Positions 60,490 to 62,494 of a stretch of DNA of 62,494 nt are shown here, one piece after another. Source of the stretch: Muribaculaceae bacterium (GTDB taxonomy: Bacteria; Bacteroidota; Bacteroidia; Bacteroidales; Muribaculaceae); assembly GCA_036310635.1 (NCBI GenBank), contig JAXJRL010000125.1, positions 1 through 62,494 on the forward strand, in the 5' to 3' direction. The position numbers and the translations under genes were made by a program. Below the pieces are notes generated by a model. It was given only the letters and a program-made list of their open reading frames with translations, was not told the origin of the DNA and made no database searches. Positions within the stretch are counted from its first letter, which is position 1, and the number at the start of each line of letters is the position of its first letter.

Positions 60490-60594
60490 CCATTTTACCA
60501 CCTTTAACAATATTTTAACATTTCCATCTCCCTATACATCACTCCCTATCCTCAAAAAAACCGCTTTGACTGAAGGAAAAGAACCCATGTAATT

Positions 60595-60626
60595 TTTGTC
60601 CGTGCGCGGAAAAAGGTTTAACTTTG
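60595..60626 (+). promoter_or_regulatory. Sigma-A promoter of the divergent glycosidase gene
   Basis: TTTG-N20-TAACTTTG. Confidence 0.7.
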
Positions 60627-60685
60627 TGCATCAGCCTCGAAAAGCTGGAAAGACGCTAAAAAATAACCTTAAACAACATATCCGT

Positions 60686-62494
60686 ATGAAGAAACTCCTA
60701 CTCCTTGCTGCCCTTGCCATGCCGCTGTGCGCCAGCGCTTCGGTGGAATGGACTCTCCAGGGCAAAACCTACTATGCCGACACCGTGCGCCACGTGAAAC
60801 TCGGCCCCGGCACCACACAGACCGAGCTCGCCGTGAGCGGCGCCCAGACCCTCCACGTGTTCTACACCACCACCGACCTGACCAATCCCTATGTGGACAT
60901 ACGCGTCACCAAGGGCTCCAAGAAATATGTCGGTTGCCAGACTCTGTCCAAACAGCAGGCTGCCTACGACCGTGCCGGCGCTCGCTACTTTGTGGGCGTC
61001 AACGCCGACTTCTTTGGCAATTCGGCACCGATCGGCTCGACGGTTGTAGACGGCGAGGTGATCAACACCAACAGCAACAACTGGGTGAACTGGTACATGA
61101 CCGATGACAAAAAGCCCCACATCGCCACCCTCGGTTACAAAGGCACCGCCACCTTCCCCGGCGACGCCACCCATGCCGTGGCAGGCATCAACGTGGGCCG
61201 CGGCGAGAACCAGCTCGTGATATACAACAAGCTGCTCAACGGCAGCAACTCAGCCACCAACTCCTACGGCAAGGAAGTGAGCATAGAGCCCGTTGAGGGC
61301 GACCTCGGCTTCTCCGGCAAATCCACCTACAAGGTGACCTGCGACCCCGTTGGCGCCGGCAGCATGGCCATTCCCGCCAATGGCTACGTGCTCTCCGGCC
61401 ACGGCACCGCTGCCGCGCTGGTGGACGCCCTCAAGATCGGCGACCAGGTGAGCCTCGACCTCTACCCCGAGATGGTGGGCACCAAGATATGGCAGATGGC
61501 ATCAGGCCAGCCCAAAATCCTGGGCGATGGCAAGGTGCTTGACACCCAGGGCGCTCTCGACCACCTGACAGCCCTGAACCCCCGCACCGCCGTGGGCTAC
61601 AACGCCGACGGCACCAAGCTGGTGCTGATGGTGGTCGACGGCCGACGCACCGGCTGGTCGGCAGGCGTGGTGTCGCGCGTTCTGGCCGACATCATGCGCG
61701 AGGTGGGCTGCACCGAAGCCATGAACTTTGACGGCGGCGGCTCCTCGGAGATGTACTCCAAGGAGTTCGGCGTGCTCAACAATCCCAGCGACGGCAACGA
61801 ACGCGCCGTCACCAACGCCGTCTGGGCAGTGTGCACCGCCGAGGACGACCAGGCCATCGCCGAAATCCGCTTCCTGGACCGCCATGCACAGCTCCCCAAA
61901 TACGGCATCTTCGAGCCCAAGATTTACGGCTACAACAAATACGGCATGCTGGTGAGCACCGCCGTTACAGGCTACAAGCTGAGCTGCCCCGCAGAGCTGG
62001 GCGAAGTGGTTGAGGACGGCGCCGCACTCTTTGCCAACGGCAGCGGCACCCACGCCCTGACCGCCACCCTGGGTTCGGCCACAGCCACCATCCCCGTCAC
62101 CATCGGCTCCGCTCAGCCGGGCATGCGCCTCGACAGCGTGGTGGTTGACTCTTACCGCGACTACAAGGCCGAAGTGGTGGCCGTGGTTGCCGGCGAGGAG
62201 ATGAAGGTGGACAACTCAGCCTTCACCTGGTCCGTTAGCGACCCCCAGATTGCCACCGTCGACGCCGCCGGCATCATCCACGGCGTGACCGAAGGCACCA
62301 CCACCGTCACTGCCACCGTTGAGGGCATGAGCGCTTCGCTCCCCGTAAAGGTGCAGATCCCCCGGAAGCGCTGGACCACCATCGACCCCGAACGCGACCT
62401 GAGCAAGTGGACCGTGAACAAGACCGCCCTGAAGGCCGCAAAGATCACCAAAACCGGCGACGAAAGCTTCGACATCGACATGACCGTGCAGACC
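60686..62494 (+). CDS. Phosphodiester glycosidase (NAGPA family) with Big_2 domain; runs off the window and is absent from the ORF track
   Basis: Manual translation: MKKLLLLAALAMPLCASA signal peptide, VNADFF, NPRTAVG, VVDGR, NFDGGGSS, NPSDGNERAV, W.VSDP.IATVD..G.I.G. Confidence 0.85.
   Translation, partial: MKKLLLLAALAMPLCASASVEWTLQGKTYYADTVRHVKLGPGTTQTELAVSGAQTLHVFYTTTDLTNPYVDIRVTKGSKKYVGCQTLSKQQAAYDRAGARYFVGVNADFFGNSAPIGSTVVDGEVINTNSNNWVNWYMTDDKKPHIATLGYKGTATFPGDATHAVAGINVGRGENQLVIYNKLLNGSNSATNSYGKEVSIEPVEGDLGFSGKSTYKVTCDPVGAGSMAIPANGYVLSGHGTAAALVDALKIGDQVSLDLYPEMVGTKIWQMASGQPKILGDGKVLDTQGALDHLTALNPRTAVGYNADGTKLVLMVVDGRRTGWSAGVVSRVLADIMREVGCTEAMNFDGGGSSEMYSKEFGVLNNPSDGNERAVTNAVWAVCTAEDDQAIAEIRFLDRHAQLPKYGIFEPKIYGYNKYGMLVSTAVTGYKLSCPAELGEVVEDGAALFANGSGTHALTATLGSATATIPVTIGSAQPGMRLDSVVVDSYRDYKAEVVAVVAGEEMKVDNSAFTWSVSDPQIATVDAAGIIHGVTEGTTTVTATVEGMSASLPVKVQIPRKRWTTIDPERDLSKWTVNKTALKAAKITKTGDESFDIDMTVQT

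Overview
GC-rich Bacteroidales chromosome segment, probably Muribaculaceae-like (inferred from TAnnTTTG promoters, T9SS C-terminal domains and lipoprotein signals). Most of it is housekeeping and envelope genes: carB (partial), pldA, ettA, def, ruvX, a DJ-1 family gene, apbE, rmuC, ino1, slyD, mscL, aroK, rnhA, pyrG, yidC, an MscS channel and two efflux operons. It also encodes several large secreted proteins: an amidase, a glycerophosphodiesterase, a GLUG beta-helix protein and a phosphodiester glycosidase. The stand-out feature is a compact 4.5 kb six-gene phage HEAD operon on the minus strand (55969-60403): scaffold-like gene, SU10/DUF5309-type major capsid, adaptor-like gene, shortened P22-like portal and two small genes. 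It has a host sigma-A-type promoter and a terminator shared with the flanking efflux operon. No integrase, terminase, replication, tail or lysis genes are recognisable. It is a candidate domesticated, GTA-like or nanocompartment system. Secondary signals: a possible secreted toolkit against Gram-positive cell walls, a Fic gene with an operator array, and several short intergenic repeat families. All assignments come from reading motifs by eye; no searches were run.
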